Notes: generated from the letters alone by a model not told the origin. Numbered from the stretch's first letter, positions 25,386-35,008 are shown. The stretch is 39,537 nucleotides of DNA from a virus (IMGVR_UViG_3300048575_000405:1-39537); one strand, 5' to 3'. Numbers and translations: made by a program.

Positions 25386-26029
25386 AGGCGCATCACCTCA
25401 AACGACTGAAGGAGTGCCTTCGCTCCGAATTCGACTTCCTTCGAAATCGTTCCGGTCACGACCGCCTCGCGGTTCTCGAACCAGTGTCCAGCGATCATCT
25501 TGATTGCTTGTTTGATTTGCTCTGGCACCGCCGAGGCATTGCCATACCCGGCAACGAATCGAATGCATATTCCATTTGCTGGCCGAAGCGCCGTACTCGG
25601 CCAGACAGAACCAGAGTTCAGTACCACACGCCCGGGCGTGGATACCGAATCAACAAAGTAGTTTGCGGCATCGAATGTCGATTCGGTGTTACTCGTGTCG
25701 AAAGTCTTAAAGAAAGCCACGCTCTGAAGCGGGGCCTTCGGAATCTCGATGTGTCGGATCGCCTGCGTGAGATCCGTAAGCGGCCCCTCGCGCATGCCAT
25801 CCCACCAATCGGCTCCCGGCCTGCGTTGTGACGGGAACACGTCAAGCCAAAGCTCCCAGGTCTGAGAAATAAACACGCAACCAGTCATTCGCTCAGCCAT
25901 CTGCCTGGCGGCCACAATGAGCGATGAAATCAACGCGTCTTCGGTCGTGCCGTCAACGCGCAGGAAATCTTTCATCTCGTTAAGCGAGACCGGTTCTTCG
26001 CTCGGAGCGGTGACGAGCTTTAGCGACAT
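25382..26029 (-). CDS. Head-tail connector protein
   Basis: EPVSL.E.K.FLRVD..ED.LI..LI.AAR...AGYG...VP..IKQAI....HWFENRE. Confidence 0.92.
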   Translation of the reverse strand: MSLKLVTAPSEEPVSLNEMKDFLRVDGTTEDALISSLIVAARQMAERMTGCVFISQTWELWLDVFPSQRRPGADWWDGMREGPLTDLTQAIRHIEIPKAPLQSVAFFKTFDTSNTESTFDAANYFVDSVSTPGRVVLNSGSVWPSTALRPANGICIRFVAGYGNASAVPEQIKQAIKMIAGHWFENREAVVTGTISKEVEFGAKALLQSFEVMRL

Positions 26030-26041
26030 GGCTTAACTCCA

Positions 26042-26344
26042 TCAGCGAGATTTGTTCTCTGGCGCGGCTCCCGCGTTCTTCCCTTTGCGCTTTTCTTTCT
26101 GAGCCACTTGCTTTCCCTTTCCGTTTTGCGACGCTGCCACTGGTTGCGCGGGCCCTTGATCTTCGCTTTTCGGTTCATGCTTCGGCTCCGTTGCGTCTTT
26201 CGCGACACCCATCGAAATGAAGGCCTGCGCGAGTTCATCGCCCAGAGGATACGTCTTGCCGCCCTCGTACGACCGCACGGGCAATGCGATGCCCTTGTGA
26301 TCGCGATCAGAGCCAGGGGTAGTTGCCAGCATTAAAACCAACAT
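26042..26344 (-). CDS. Small head-associated protein
   Basis: GGAG SD; LAQAFISMGVA motif and APENK tail typical of post-capsid genes. Confidence 0.7.
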   Translation of the reverse strand: MLVLMLATTPGSDRDHKGIALPVRSYEGGKTYPLGDELAQAFISMGVAKDATEPKHEPKSEDQGPAQPVAASQNGKGKQVAQKEKRKGKNAGAAPENKSR

Positions 26345-26413
26345 AATGACTCCAGCATGAAAGGTGCGCCCCAGGATGAGGAGAGAAACCCTAGGGCGCA
26401 AAATGGTGTTTGA

Positions 26414-26824
26414 TTAAGCGACCGGACGAACCGACGCATGGCTCTGCACCGCAACCGCGGAGATGAGAGCCGCGCTCGCGTTGCCCGCGGGCGTGATCGT
26501 AAGGCGCGTGTAGCGCTTCGTTCCGATGTAGCCGAGTTTGCGAACCTTGTTGTCATCGTCAAACTTGAAGCCAGCCAGATCCTCGGTGCCGAGAAGATCA
26601 GCGTCCGCAACCGCGTTTGAATTATCCATGTTTGCCGCGTCACTCTCTTCGAGCAACACCGCGAATGTCGCGTCCGCATCAGCGACCGAGCCGATGGCGA
26701 TCGCATACTCGAGCGAATCGAAGCCCTGGTTGTCGATGATCTCGCCGACTTGAGCGGTGTTATCAGCGACAGAGACAGGGCTCAGCACTCGGCTCACCTT
26801 GATGTTGTTGTGAAGGTCCTTCAT
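26414..26824 (-). CDS. Capsid decoration-like protein
   Basis: DLHNNI...IIDNQGFDS...LGYIG.KRY.RL; follows the major capsid gene. Confidence 0.8.
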   Translation of the reverse strand: MKDLHNNIKVSRVLSPVSVADNTAQVGEIIDNQGFDSLEYAIAIGSVADADATFAVLLEESDAANMDNSNAVADADLLGTEDLAGFKFDDDNKVRKLGYIGTKRYTRLTITPAGNASAALISAVAVQSHASVRPVA

Positions 26825-26858
26825 TGGGGTCTCCTTGAAAAAGTTTTGAATTCAGACT

Positions 26859-26889
26859 TAAGAAAGGAGCTGCCGCTTGGGCAGCCCCT
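26859..26889 (-). terminator. Intrinsic terminator/attenuator after the major capsid gene
   Basis: AGGGGCTGCC-CAAGC-GGCAGCTCCT followed by TTCTT. Confidence 0.65.
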
Positions 26890-26908
26890 CGATTCGAGGA
26901 TCAGGTGA

Positions 26909-28150
26909 TTATGTGCCGACCTTGAGCAGCTTGATCGCTTCGTGGACAACCACATCGCCACCGACGCGCTTCGTGAAATCGAATACGACGAACGGCTTCT
27001 TTGTGTATGGGTCGCGCAGGATGCGCACGCCGATGCGGTCGACGATCAGATAGCCGACTTTGAAGTTGCCGTATGCGATCGGGAGCGAGCCAGCCGCAAT
27101 CTCTTGCATGTCTGCCGCCTCTTCGATCGGCGAGCCGAGGAGAGTTGACGGCTTGTCGGCCTGAAGGCCGGGTTGCCAGAGATAGTTGTTGTCATTGCCC
27201 TTCAGCTTACGTGCTGCCGAGATCGACAGACGCGTTGCGAAGAACACCGAACCTTTGCGGTAGCCGCTCTTCAATGCGCCCACCAGGTCGATGATGCCGT
27301 CAGCGGTGAGCTGCGAGGCATGGCCCGACTTGATCTGTTCGATCTGTCCTGCGCCAGTGCCGGCGGCAAAAGTCAGGAAGCCGCGGGGTTTCTTCACGCC
27401 ATTGCCGTTCGCGAACACGTTCGCCTCGGTACGAGCAAACTTGTCGACCGCCTTCGCGCCAAGCATCGACTCAACGTCGTAGCCGGCATCGTCGAGAAGC
27501 TTCTGCGTTGCCTTCGGGCTTGCAGTGAGTTCGTGAGTTGGAATGCTGAGCATACCAATACCGAACGTTCCGGTCTCGTTGCGCGCGTCAGTTTCACCGG
27601 CCCATTTTGCTTCGATCTCATCGCCATCAGTCGGAGCCTCGAATGCGTCCGAGCTAATCTGAATCGAGCCGAAGTATTGGCGGAACGGCGAAGTCTCGAA
27701 GAGCTTCGTCTGGATCATCTCGCCAACCTCGGGGCGAACGAGATAACCGCCGCTGGGATCAGAGCCAGACGAAAGAGCTTTCTCTTCGCGGCCGCGGCGC
27801 ATGTAGGAATTCATCGCAGCCTTATATTCCTGATCCGCTTCGCGACTGAACTTCTCTTCGCGGAACAAGAACGGAGTGGTCGCCTTGTACTGGGCGAATC
27901 GGCCTGCGTCTTTCTCCTCTTGCTCACCACCAGTCGGTCGGCGATTGAGGGCGGTCTTGAGTTCTTTGAGTTCGGCGTCGAGTTTTCCGACGTCTTCGTT
28001 TGCTTTATTGAGCTTCTGCTCGAGAGTCGGATCAACCGAACCTTTCGACTCGATTTGTTTGAGTCGCTCATCGTTCGCCTTTTTGAATTGGTCGAACGCC
28101 GTGCCGAGTTGATCGATTTTTTCCTGTACCTGAGTTTCAATAGACGGCAT
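26909..28150 (-). CDS. Major capsid protein, HK97 family
   Basis: Coiled-coil delta domain, SGGYLV, NGNGVKKPRGFL, YLWQPGL, ILRDPYT.KPFV.F..TKRVGG. Confidence 0.96.
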   Translation of the reverse strand: MPSIETQVQEKIDQLGTAFDQFKKANDERLKQIESKGSVDPTLEQKLNKANEDVGKLDAELKELKTALNRRPTGGEQEEKDAGRFAQYKATTPFLFREEKFSREADQEYKAAMNSYMRRGREEKALSSGSDPSGGYLVRPEVGEMIQTKLFETSPFRQYFGSIQISSDAFEAPTDGDEIEAKWAGETDARNETGTFGIGMLSIPTHELTASPKATQKLLDDAGYDVESMLGAKAVDKFARTEANVFANGNGVKKPRGFLTFAAGTGAGQIEQIKSGHASQLTADGIIDLVGALKSGYRKGSVFFATRLSISAARKLKGNDNNYLWQPGLQADKPSTLLGSPIEEAADMQEIAAGSLPIAYGNFKVGYLIVDRIGVRILRDPYTKKPFVVFDFTKRVGGDVVVHEAIKLLKVGT

Positions 28151-28195
28151 GAATTCCTCCGAGTGCCTGGTTAAGTTTCGCTTCCTGCTATGGCC

Positions 28196-28852
28196 TCAGC
28201 GCTTGAGCGCCTGGATTGCGCGGTCAAGGGAGTGGACCAACTTGTCCGGCTCACCAGAACCTTTTGCGGCTCCAATGCGTTGGAGTGCGTCCAAAACGTC
28301 TTTATGGCTGTGGCCGATTTCTTCCATGTGTTTAAAAAAAACGTCCGTGAGCTCATCGAGTCCGAGGTCACGACGTTCATTCCACGCCTTCGCGGCAGTG
28401 ATGAGGGCTTGCTGGTTCATCCCAAAAGTCACGTGGGAGTGCTCCCACATCTTCACTTCTTGGAGTCGACGAACGACGGGTCGCTCTTTGTCAGGCACAG
28501 CTTTGGTCGGGCTGTAGCCGATCGAGAGACCAAACGGAACACCCAGACGCAGAGATTGCTTGGCAAACGAATACTCTTCGCGGCCAAGCTGGGTGTCGAC
28601 GTTAAGCTCTTCGGTCACGAGAAGACCGTGGTCATCTTCTTTAGCCTCGGTGTTATAGCCGATCTTTTTCGCCGGTTCGTGCTGATGCAGAATCGGCCAA
28701 CGGCCCTTGGATTCCTTGAGTGTTTTTTTGAACGCGCCCTTCTCAACAACGTCGTCTCCGAGATCGATGTTGCCAAAGACCGAGGCGTAGCCAACGACAA
28801 GCCCGTTTTCGCCGACTTCCTTGACCTCAAACGGACGACTCAGGAATTTCAT
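28196..28852 (-). CDS. HK97-family prohead protease
   Basis: GYASVFGNID..DVV.KGAF, ILHQH, GLSIGY, WEHSHVTF. Confidence 0.93.
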   Translation of the reverse strand: MKFLSRPFEVKEVGENGLVVGYASVFGNIDLGDDVVEKGAFKKTLKESKGRWPILHQHEPAKKIGYNTEAKEDDHGLLVTEELNVDTQLGREEYSFAKQSLRLGVPFGLSIGYSPTKAVPDKERPVVRRLQEVKMWEHSHVTFGMNQQALITAAKAWNERRDLGLDELTDVFFKHMEEIGHSHKDVLDALQRIGAAKGSGEPDKLVHSLDRAIQALKR

Positions 28853-28922
28853 CAGCACTCCATGAGAGAGAAGATTCGTGACCCAACAGATTCACTCTCG
28901 TTCAAGCATTTGCTCAAGCAAG

Positions 28923-31133
28923 TCAGCCCACTTGCTTCAGCACATCACCGCCAAAGTCCTTCATGATCGCAGCGACGTTCGCTCGGAATACTCGCTTAAA
29001 GTCTGATGCTGAATTCTCGAGCGTGACATCGATCACGCGCTCGAGCGACCGTTGGTCGGTCACGCCCGCAAGAGCGCGCACGAGGCCCTCGCCTTCTCGC
29101 TTGAATACTTCTTTGATTTGAGCCGCAAAGCTGCGCTCGAAGGTCGCCCGCTTGCGCGCGATCGTGACGATATGACGGCGCTTGGCTGCTTGGCTTGAGA
29201 GATTGATAGATTTTTCTTCGCCAGCTTCGTAGACCAGAACGCATCGGCAATTGACAACCTGATCCGCCGGCGCGTCCTTGTCGCCAGGGCCATCCATTTC
29301 GTCGGGCCCGTCGACTGATGGCACCATGAATTTCTCGTGCATCGGGATCTTCGTGCCGTTCATCTTCATGTGATTAGTTGCATCATCGGCATCAGCGCCG
29401 CGGGTGCGGCTGTCATCGGCCGACACCCACTCCTTAAGCATGTTTGGGAGCCCGAGCGCGGAGGCCGCCGCCCGAGACCCTTCATTTGACGCTACCGTCG
29501 TCTCTGTGCGTGCGATCGTCCGAGCCCGCCCCTCGGACATCAACTTGTAGACACTCTCAACCTCGGCCTGAATAGACACCGAAAGCTCATTGAGATTCGT
29601 GCCCTCTTCGATGTGATCTTTTATTGCGTCGCGTATAGCTTCAGTGACGCGCTTCTTTGAGGTGCGCTGAATCCCTGTCACTCGGTCGCCAGCGTATCGG
29701 TCGACGAACCGATTCACGAAGTCGCTAAACCGATTCTCCGCCGCTTTGTGTTCGATCGCTCGCGTGCGCGCCGAGTTCGCCGACTTTCCTTCGTCGGCAG
29801 GGTCGGGGTCGTCATCGCCGGGATCGTCAGATTCAGAGTCATCGTTGCCATCGCTATTAGAACCACGGCCGCTCGAAGATTCATTGCTCACTCCCTCGGC
29901 AAGTAGATCAATTGGAATCTTGGTGGCGTCTTTATACAGAGTGTCCCCGCCTGGGAGCGGCTCATAGCCAACGGCCTCGCGCTTTTCATTGTCAGTTAGA
30001 AAGTCAGCATCCTTCACGCGCGCCCACACGGCCTCGCGCTTCACCGCGATCGCATCAATTGAATCGCGGTCATAGTCGAGAACGAGGCCTTCGCCGAACG
30101 CCGGAGCTAGCCAATTGTTTAGCTCGGTCACTAAAAAATCCATGGTTGGTAAAACTGTATCTTCGTACAGGGCGAGTCGCGCTTCTTTCTGGTTGTTGTA
30201 GGTCGAGTCACCTGGAATACCGAGAAGAATCGGCGGATAGCCGAACGCGAGCGCGATCTCGCGCGCGGACATGTTCTTCCCTAGGATGTACTCCATGTCC
30301 TTTGGAGAGAGTCCCATCTCACGCCAATCAAGCCCGCCCTCGAGAAGCATTGGGCGGCCGGCATTGTGCGAACCTACGAACTTCTCCTCCAGTTTTGCTT
30401 GGAGGCGCTTATACTGCTCATCATCGAGCTTCCCGGATGGGTTCTTGTCACTCACTGAAACGACAAGAGCACCGCTCGGAGTTGCCTTGTTCTGCATGAG
30501 TGCCAGATTGTAGAGTCCGGCCTCATTATGGTTATCGACCGACATGACCGCGGCTTCGATCGGGCTCATGCCGTACCAATCGTCAGTGGGGTGGAACGTC
30601 TTCATGTGAAGAACCGGAGAGTGCCCCTTCACCTGGTCAACCTGATAGCGAACCTTGTTTCCGCCGAACTCGTACAGGTACGCCTCGGGCAGTCCCATCG
30701 AGCCAGGTATCACCTTCATGCGATCCGGACGCGGCACCCACAGCTCTTGCGGAGCCGCGCCAGGCGTCGGACCGCTCGCCTCAATGTACGTGTTGCCCGC
30801 GATCATGAAGAACGCGATCAATCGTTCAATGAAAGCCGCGCGTCCCTGCATCGGGTTTGGACGCATGAGGAGATCGAGCATGGGATGCTCCTCGATCTCC
30901 TGCTTCGCAGCCCCTTTTCGCTTCTTGTAGAGCAGAAATGGGATCGCGCCGCATGAACGCGAGATTCCAGTGATCGCGCGATAGGCAACGACGTTTTTCT
31001 CGTAGGCCTCTTTTGAAAACCCCGCGTAGTTCCGCGGCGTCGAGACAGCCTGGCCGACCTTCTGCATTGCGAGCGCGGTTTGACTTGGGCTTTGCTTTAG
31101 GAAGATCCGACGAAACAGATTCTGAATTGGCAT
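28923..31133 (-). CDS. HK97-family portal fused to a MuF-like head morphogenesis domain
   Basis: HP.L.LL.RPNP, YGMSPI.AA, LLEGGLDW, FLTDNEKR; acidic linker; RARTIARTET, KEWVSADDSRTR, VNCRC. Confidence 0.92.
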   Translation of the reverse strand: MPIQNLFRRIFLKQSPSQTALAMQKVGQAVSTPRNYAGFSKEAYEKNVVAYRAITGISRSCGAIPFLLYKKRKGAAKQEIEEHPMLDLLMRPNPMQGRAAFIERLIAFFMIAGNTYIEASGPTPGAAPQELWVPRPDRMKVIPGSMGLPEAYLYEFGGNKVRYQVDQVKGHSPVLHMKTFHPTDDWYGMSPIEAAVMSVDNHNEAGLYNLALMQNKATPSGALVVSVSDKNPSGKLDDEQYKRLQAKLEEKFVGSHNAGRPMLLEGGLDWREMGLSPKDMEYILGKNMSAREIALAFGYPPILLGIPGDSTYNNQKEARLALYEDTVLPTMDFLVTELNNWLAPAFGEGLVLDYDRDSIDAIAVKREAVWARVKDADFLTDNEKREAVGYEPLPGGDTLYKDATKIPIDLLAEGVSNESSSGRGSNSDGNDDSESDDPGDDDPDPADEGKSANSARTRAIEHKAAENRFSDFVNRFVDRYAGDRVTGIQRTSKKRVTEAIRDAIKDHIEEGTNLNELSVSIQAEVESVYKLMSEGRARTIARTETTVASNEGSRAAASALGLPNMLKEWVSADDSRTRGADADDATNHMKMNGTKIPMHEKFMVPSVDGPDEMDGPGDKDAPADQVVNCRCVLVYEAGEEKSINLSSQAAKRRHIVTIARKRATFERSFAAQIKEVFKREGEGLVRALAGVTDQRSLERVIDVTLENSASDFKRVFRANVAAIMKDFGGDVLKQVG

Positions 31134-31255
31134 CAATCCTCCGGGCTACAGAATTGACGCTAGCCGCGTCATTTGCCGGGGCAAGCCTATGGCGGCGCTT
31201 GCCTTTTGGCCTGGGGTGTAACATCAAGAATGCAAACCATTGATGGGGAAAGACC

Positions 31256-31735
31256 ATGACTCCTGAGCAGATGAATGCCGTTCTCGCAGCCCTGGCGACT
31301 AAAGCCGCAGACACGTCAATGAGCCTCACCGATCATATCGCCGCATGGTCCGCTTTTGCCTCCGCGATCATCTCAGCTGCCGCACTATGGGCGACCGTCC
31401 ACTTCTACCGAAAGCTCGTGGCAAATGACATTCTGAGAACTCAGAGAGATGGCGCCCGCGAAGAACGCGAGCGCATCGAGGCCGTAAAGAAGGAGGTCTC
31501 AGAGCGCCTCCAGGCTGCAGGGAATAATCCGGCCGTGATCCACGACCAGTGCATCTCACTCAGGAAGAAGTTTCCGCACGACGCACGACTCATTCTTGAG
31601 GTGTATTCGCAAACATTCGAAGATCCCATTAGCTTCGAAAGCCTGGGGTCGACAGGAACGCTTCTCAATCGACTCAACTTGCTTGACCCAGGGTACTGGC
31701 CGTCCCCCAAGGAGTGGCTGAAAAAGGCTGAGTAA
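31256..31735 (+). CDS. Membrane-anchored moron protein
   Basis: TM IAAWSAFASAIISAAALWATVHFY then charged helix; opposite strand between terL and portal. Confidence 0.75.
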   Translation: MTPEQMNAVLAALATKAADTSMSLTDHIAAWSAFASAIISAAALWATVHFYRKLVANDILRTQRDGAREERERIEAVKKEVSERLQAAGNNPAVIHDQCISLRKKFPHDARLILEVYSQTFEDPISFESLGSTGTLLNRLNLLDPGYWPSPKEWLKKAE

Positions 31736-33094
31736 TCACCTGATATCCGGCTCCGGCACCGGCTGCGCAAGCGCATTGAACGCGCCCGAAAGCGCGTCAA
31801 CCTGGTCGTCGTGATTCCCATCAGGGAAGTTCGTTAGCTCCTCGAAAAACGCCTTGTTCCACTCGGCACGTCTAACAAGAATGTTTCCAGCTTCGGCCTG
31901 CGATGATGCCGGGCCCGCGCGCGTGACCTTATCGCCCGTCGCTGACACTGCGGTAACTCTGAACCCAGCGAGCTTGCCGATGATGTACGAGATCTCGGCC
32001 TTGCCGCTCGCGCCCGGCTCTTGCTCGAGCACGATCTCAACCGCCACGCTGTCGGTGGTCGCGGTGTTCTTGATGATCTGATCGCGCTTAAATGGCGAGT
32101 ACCGAAAGCGTTCAACGTGCTCGACATAAAAGCGACCATCGACAAGCTTTGATAGCTTCACACCAGCGGTATAATCGGGATCAGTCCCTTCTGTTGGCTC
32201 AGTCGCAGCGCGGTCCCAGAAGCGCACAGTCGAAACCACAGCGCATGGTGGGCCATCGACAACCGGGAAGTAGTTCTCTTTGAAGAGAAGCCCCGCGGCT
32301 GCTTTTATCTTCCAGTTGCCATCAAGCAGGCGCGCACGTTGCACCTTGTCCTGGGCCTTCAGGTTCGCGAGATAAGCTGGGTCTTTCTCCATCAGGATTT
32401 TGTTATCGGCGAGCTTTGCTGGGATGAACGTCACCGACTTCGGCATGCACTCTTTGCCGTATCGCGCCTCAAGCTCCTCTTTTGTGTCGGCCCAAATGAT
32501 CTCGTCATTTTCGCGAATGAACCAACGAAGCTTGCCAGCACGCTCCGGAATCGGAAGTCCGGTCTCGGGATCGAGCCACCACGCAATGAACTTTGCTACC
32601 CATGAATCAGGGTCCGGGTTCGTTGTCGCCCTGATTGTGCCAGGTATGCCCGACGTCGAGCGGTTCCGAGAGAGCATGTAGAAGAATTGGTGAGCCGAGA
32701 AGTGCGTGAGCTCGTCAAACCCAATCCATGGAATCTCTGCGCCCTGCCAGTCGTAAACCGTACTGTCGTACTCGAGGTGCGCGAACTTCATCTTCCAATG
32801 AGTGGGCGCGTACCACTCGAGCGTCGTCTCCTTTGGATCACACTGGAGAAGCGGATAGATTCGCCTCGAAGCGTCCCAGAGCCCTCCAGGGTTTCTCACT
32901 TGCGTTGTGTTCCGGCGAAAGATCACGCCCGCGAATTCTTCGTTGTGATAGTGCCTGAGTGGATCAATGAGAAGTGCATAGGTTTTTCCGCCGCCGGCGG
33001 CGCCGCCGTAAATACCGATGTCAGCCGGCGTTCCAAGAAACGTCGCCTGTGGCCCTGGCTGCGGTTTGATCTCAATCTTTTCGTTCTCTGCCAT
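31736..33094 (-). CDS. terL: Terminase large subunit
   Basis: PQPGPQ..FL, YGGAAGGGKT, GFDELTHF, RATTNP, WDRAAT, HDDQVDA. Confidence 0.96.
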   Translation of the reverse strand: MAENEKIEIKPQPGPQATFLGTPADIGIYGGAAGGGKTYALLIDPLRHYHNEEFAGVIFRRNTTQVRNPGGLWDASRRIYPLLQCDPKETTLEWYAPTHWKMKFAHLEYDSTVYDWQGAEIPWIGFDELTHFSAHQFFYMLSRNRSTSGIPGTIRATTNPDPDSWVAKFIAWWLDPETGLPIPERAGKLRWFIRENDEIIWADTKEELEARYGKECMPKSVTFIPAKLADNKILMEKDPAYLANLKAQDKVQRARLLDGNWKIKAAAGLLFKENYFPVVDGPPCAVVSTVRFWDRAATEPTEGTDPDYTAGVKLSKLVDGRFYVEHVERFRYSPFKRDQIIKNTATTDSVAVEIVLEQEPGASGKAEISYIIGKLAGFRVTAVSATGDKVTRAGPASSQAEAGNILVRRAEWNKAFFEELTNFPDGNHDDQVDALSGAFNALAQPVPEPDIR

Positions 33095-33437
33095 TTGATG
33101 GGAGACTCACGATAATTGTTGGGAGCATCTTCCCGTCTTCGCCCTTAAGCTCGACGGCCTTGCGTTGCGGGTAGAGATACTTGCATGCCTGGGCTGCGGC
33201 AGACGCACGTATTGACGGGGTAATGTTGTCTTCGTAGATGCTTGCGTACTGGTTCGACGAAACCAGGCGTTTCTCTTTCGTGTATCCGAGCTTTTTCCAG
33301 TCGCCCGCCGCAAAACGCAGCAACACCTCGAACGGATCAACACCCAGGCGATCAGCGATCTCCTGGGCATTCGTTGTCTTCTTGTTCGGCGTGCCCTTAG
33401 ATCGGCCGCCTGACTTCGATCCATCGCGGTTAGCCAT
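33072..33437 (-). CDS. terS: Terminase small subunit
   Basis: GGRSKGTPNKKT N-terminus, KYLYPQRKAVE; overlaps the terL start. Confidence 0.8.
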   Translation of the reverse strand: MANRDGSKSGGRSKGTPNKKTTNAQEIADRLGVDPFEVLLRFAAGDWKKLGYTKEKRLVSSNQYASIYEDNITPSIRASAAAQACKYLYPQRKAVELKGEDGKMLPTIIVSLPSNGRERKD

Positions 33438-33667
33438 CACTGCCTCTCGGGTACGAGCCGATAGAATTTAGAGCCGTGCCTGATAAACATGTCTGCCGAA
33501 TATTCGTCGCAAACAGTCTGCGGCTGAAGCAGCGTGAATTTGCCCATCGCCATCGGCATCAACTGAACATGATCGCGAATGCAGGACCTATACGGGTATC
33601 CCCACTCGGGCTCATCGCTGCATCCGCTTACCATAGAAAGAACGAAAAGGACGGCGAGACGCTTCAT
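33437..33667 (-). CDS. Small lipoprotein
   Basis: MKRLAVLFVLSMVSG-C lipobox; GGAGGT SD. Confidence 0.7.
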   Translation of the reverse strand: MKRLAVLFVLSMVSGCSDEPEWGYPYRSCIRDHVQLMPMAMGKFTLLQPQTVCDEYSADMFIRHGSKFYRLVPERQ

Positions 33668-33834
33668 TTCACCTCCACACCAACGCGAAGCACTTTGGCT
33701 CCAAGTCTAAACAGAGCGAGTGCTAGCCGCTTCCGCCATCCCATGAATCCGAACATCTCGCGCTCGAGCGCAGTGGTATCGACTCGAATCGTAATGCCTC
33801 TCGCGATCTTGCGAGCGTCTAGCCGGAGTTCCAT
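33664..33834 (-). CDS. Small basic hypothetical protein (56 aa)
   Basis: MELRLDARKIARG...VGVEVK*; GGGGG SD, ATGA coupling to next gene. Confidence 0.55.
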   Translation of the reverse strand: MELRLDARKIARGITIRVDTTALEREMFGFMGWRKRLALALFRLGAKVLRVGVEVK

Positions 33835-33878
33835 CGTCTACCCCCATCTACTTTAGATTGCGGTCTTGGTTTGCTGGC

Positions 33879-34127
33879 TCAACCTGCTGCGTACTTGCGT
33901 TTGAACGACTGAGCACAGAACCGGCAGATGCGCTCGCCCTCGTACCTGTCGGTCTTTGGATTGAATCTCATGGTGATCATTCTCTCGCCGCAGTCGTAAC
34001 AGGGCTTCTCGATCACACTCGGCACACGCCGTCCGAGTGCGCGACAGGTTGACAGCCGAGGCTTTGACTTCCTTAGCTTGAATGCCCGCTCGGTCTTCGG
34101 CCCAGTCATCTGAACACGCCTGGCCAT
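33879..34127 (-). CDS. Zinc-finger-like protein
   Basis: CYDC...CRFC; basic. Confidence 0.6.
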   Translation of the reverse strand: MARRVQMTGPKTERAFKLRKSKPRLSTCRALGRRVPSVIEKPCYDCGERMITMRFNPKTDRYEGERICRFCAQSFKRKYAAG

Positions 34128-34140
34128 GCTCACTCCCGAC

Positions 34141-34392
34141 TCACTTAAGTCGCCCATACCTCGGCATCACGCGCTTAAGAATTTTCCGAACGACGATTTC
34201 ACTCATGCCGTATGCTTGGGCAATTTCAGATGGCTTGAGTCCTGCGCACCAGAGTTCTTTGATGCCGCTCTTAAGGCCCTGGCTGAATCCGTGCGGAGCG
34301 AGAATGAGATTCGGACCCTTGGGCACAACGACCATCGGCTTCGGTTTCGAGAATTTACTCTTGAAGAAAGTCAGTAACCCTGAAGCGTCCAT
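34141..34392 (-). CDS. Small HTH-like protein, first gene of the late arm
   Basis: IKELWCAGLKPSEIAQAYGMSEIVVRKIL. Confidence 0.6.
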   Translation of the reverse strand: MDASGLLTFFKSKFSKPKPMVVVPKGPNLILAPHGFSQGLKSGIKELWCAGLKPSEIAQAYGMSEIVVRKILKRVMPRYGRLK

Positions 34393-34423
34393 GCTTGATC
34401 ACCGCAGCGTGTGTGATGAACTG

Positions 34424-34484
34424 AAAGTTTTCTCTATTGTGCTTCATGAATCGTGAATGCGGAAAGTTTACTTAAAGTTTACTT
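34424..34484. repeat. Direct repeats in the divergent promoter region
   Basis: AAAGTTTACTT x2 in tandem (34463-34484) plus AAAGTTTTCT (34424-34433). Confidence 0.7.
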
Positions 34485-34531
34485 CAGGACCCCTCTTGCG
34501 AATGACCGAGAGTGTGCGATTTAATGTGTGC

Positions 34532-34723
34532 ATGTTTGATGTCGATGATCTTCACGAAAAAGCCGGAAAGAAACGACACACGATCGCTTGCTCTGGCGAC
34601 CTCTCACAGCAAATCGATGAATTCAAAAAAGCTTTCGGCAAACGCAAGACCGCTGAAATCATCAGGCGCGCAATCGCTGCGGGTCTCGCGTTCGCCGACA
34701 AAGAACTTCGCAAAGAAAAATAA
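34532..34723 (+). CDS. Ribbon-helix-helix-like regulator
   Basis: KRHTIAC strand then two helices (TAEIIRRAI); TTGCGA-N18-TTTAAT 6 nt before ATG. Confidence 0.6.
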   Translation: MFDVDDLHEKAGKKRHTIACSGDLSQQIDEFKKAFGKRKTAEIIRRAIAAGLAFADKELRKEK

Positions 34724-34771
34724 CCGGCAGGACGCCGCAACGGCCATGGACGGCCAAATTAAGGAGGATTC

Positions 34772-35008
34772 ATGAAAATCGCACTCATCAACCAAGGTCT
34801 GTCGCGCCGTGAAGCGGACGTTGCCGAGCTTGTCTCGAAAGGCCTTTCCAATAAAGACGTCGCGGAACGACTCTGTGTTTGCGAGAAGACGGTTAAGTTC
34901 CACCTGACCAGCGTCTATAGAAAGATGGGTATCAAGTCGCGTGCGCAGCTCATCGTGAAGTGCATTGGAACTGACAGCCCCGCGAATGAGAGTAAGTTGG
35001 TCGCGTAA
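34772..35008 (+). CDS. Stand-alone LuxR/GerE-type HTH regulator
   Basis: LSRREADVAELVSKGLSNKDVAERL.V.EKTVKFHLTSVYRKMGIKSRAQL; AGGAGG SD. Confidence 0.92.
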   Translation: MKIALINQGLSRREADVAELVSKGLSNKDVAERLCVCEKTVKFHLTSVYRKMGIKSRAQLIVKCIGTDSPANESKLVA

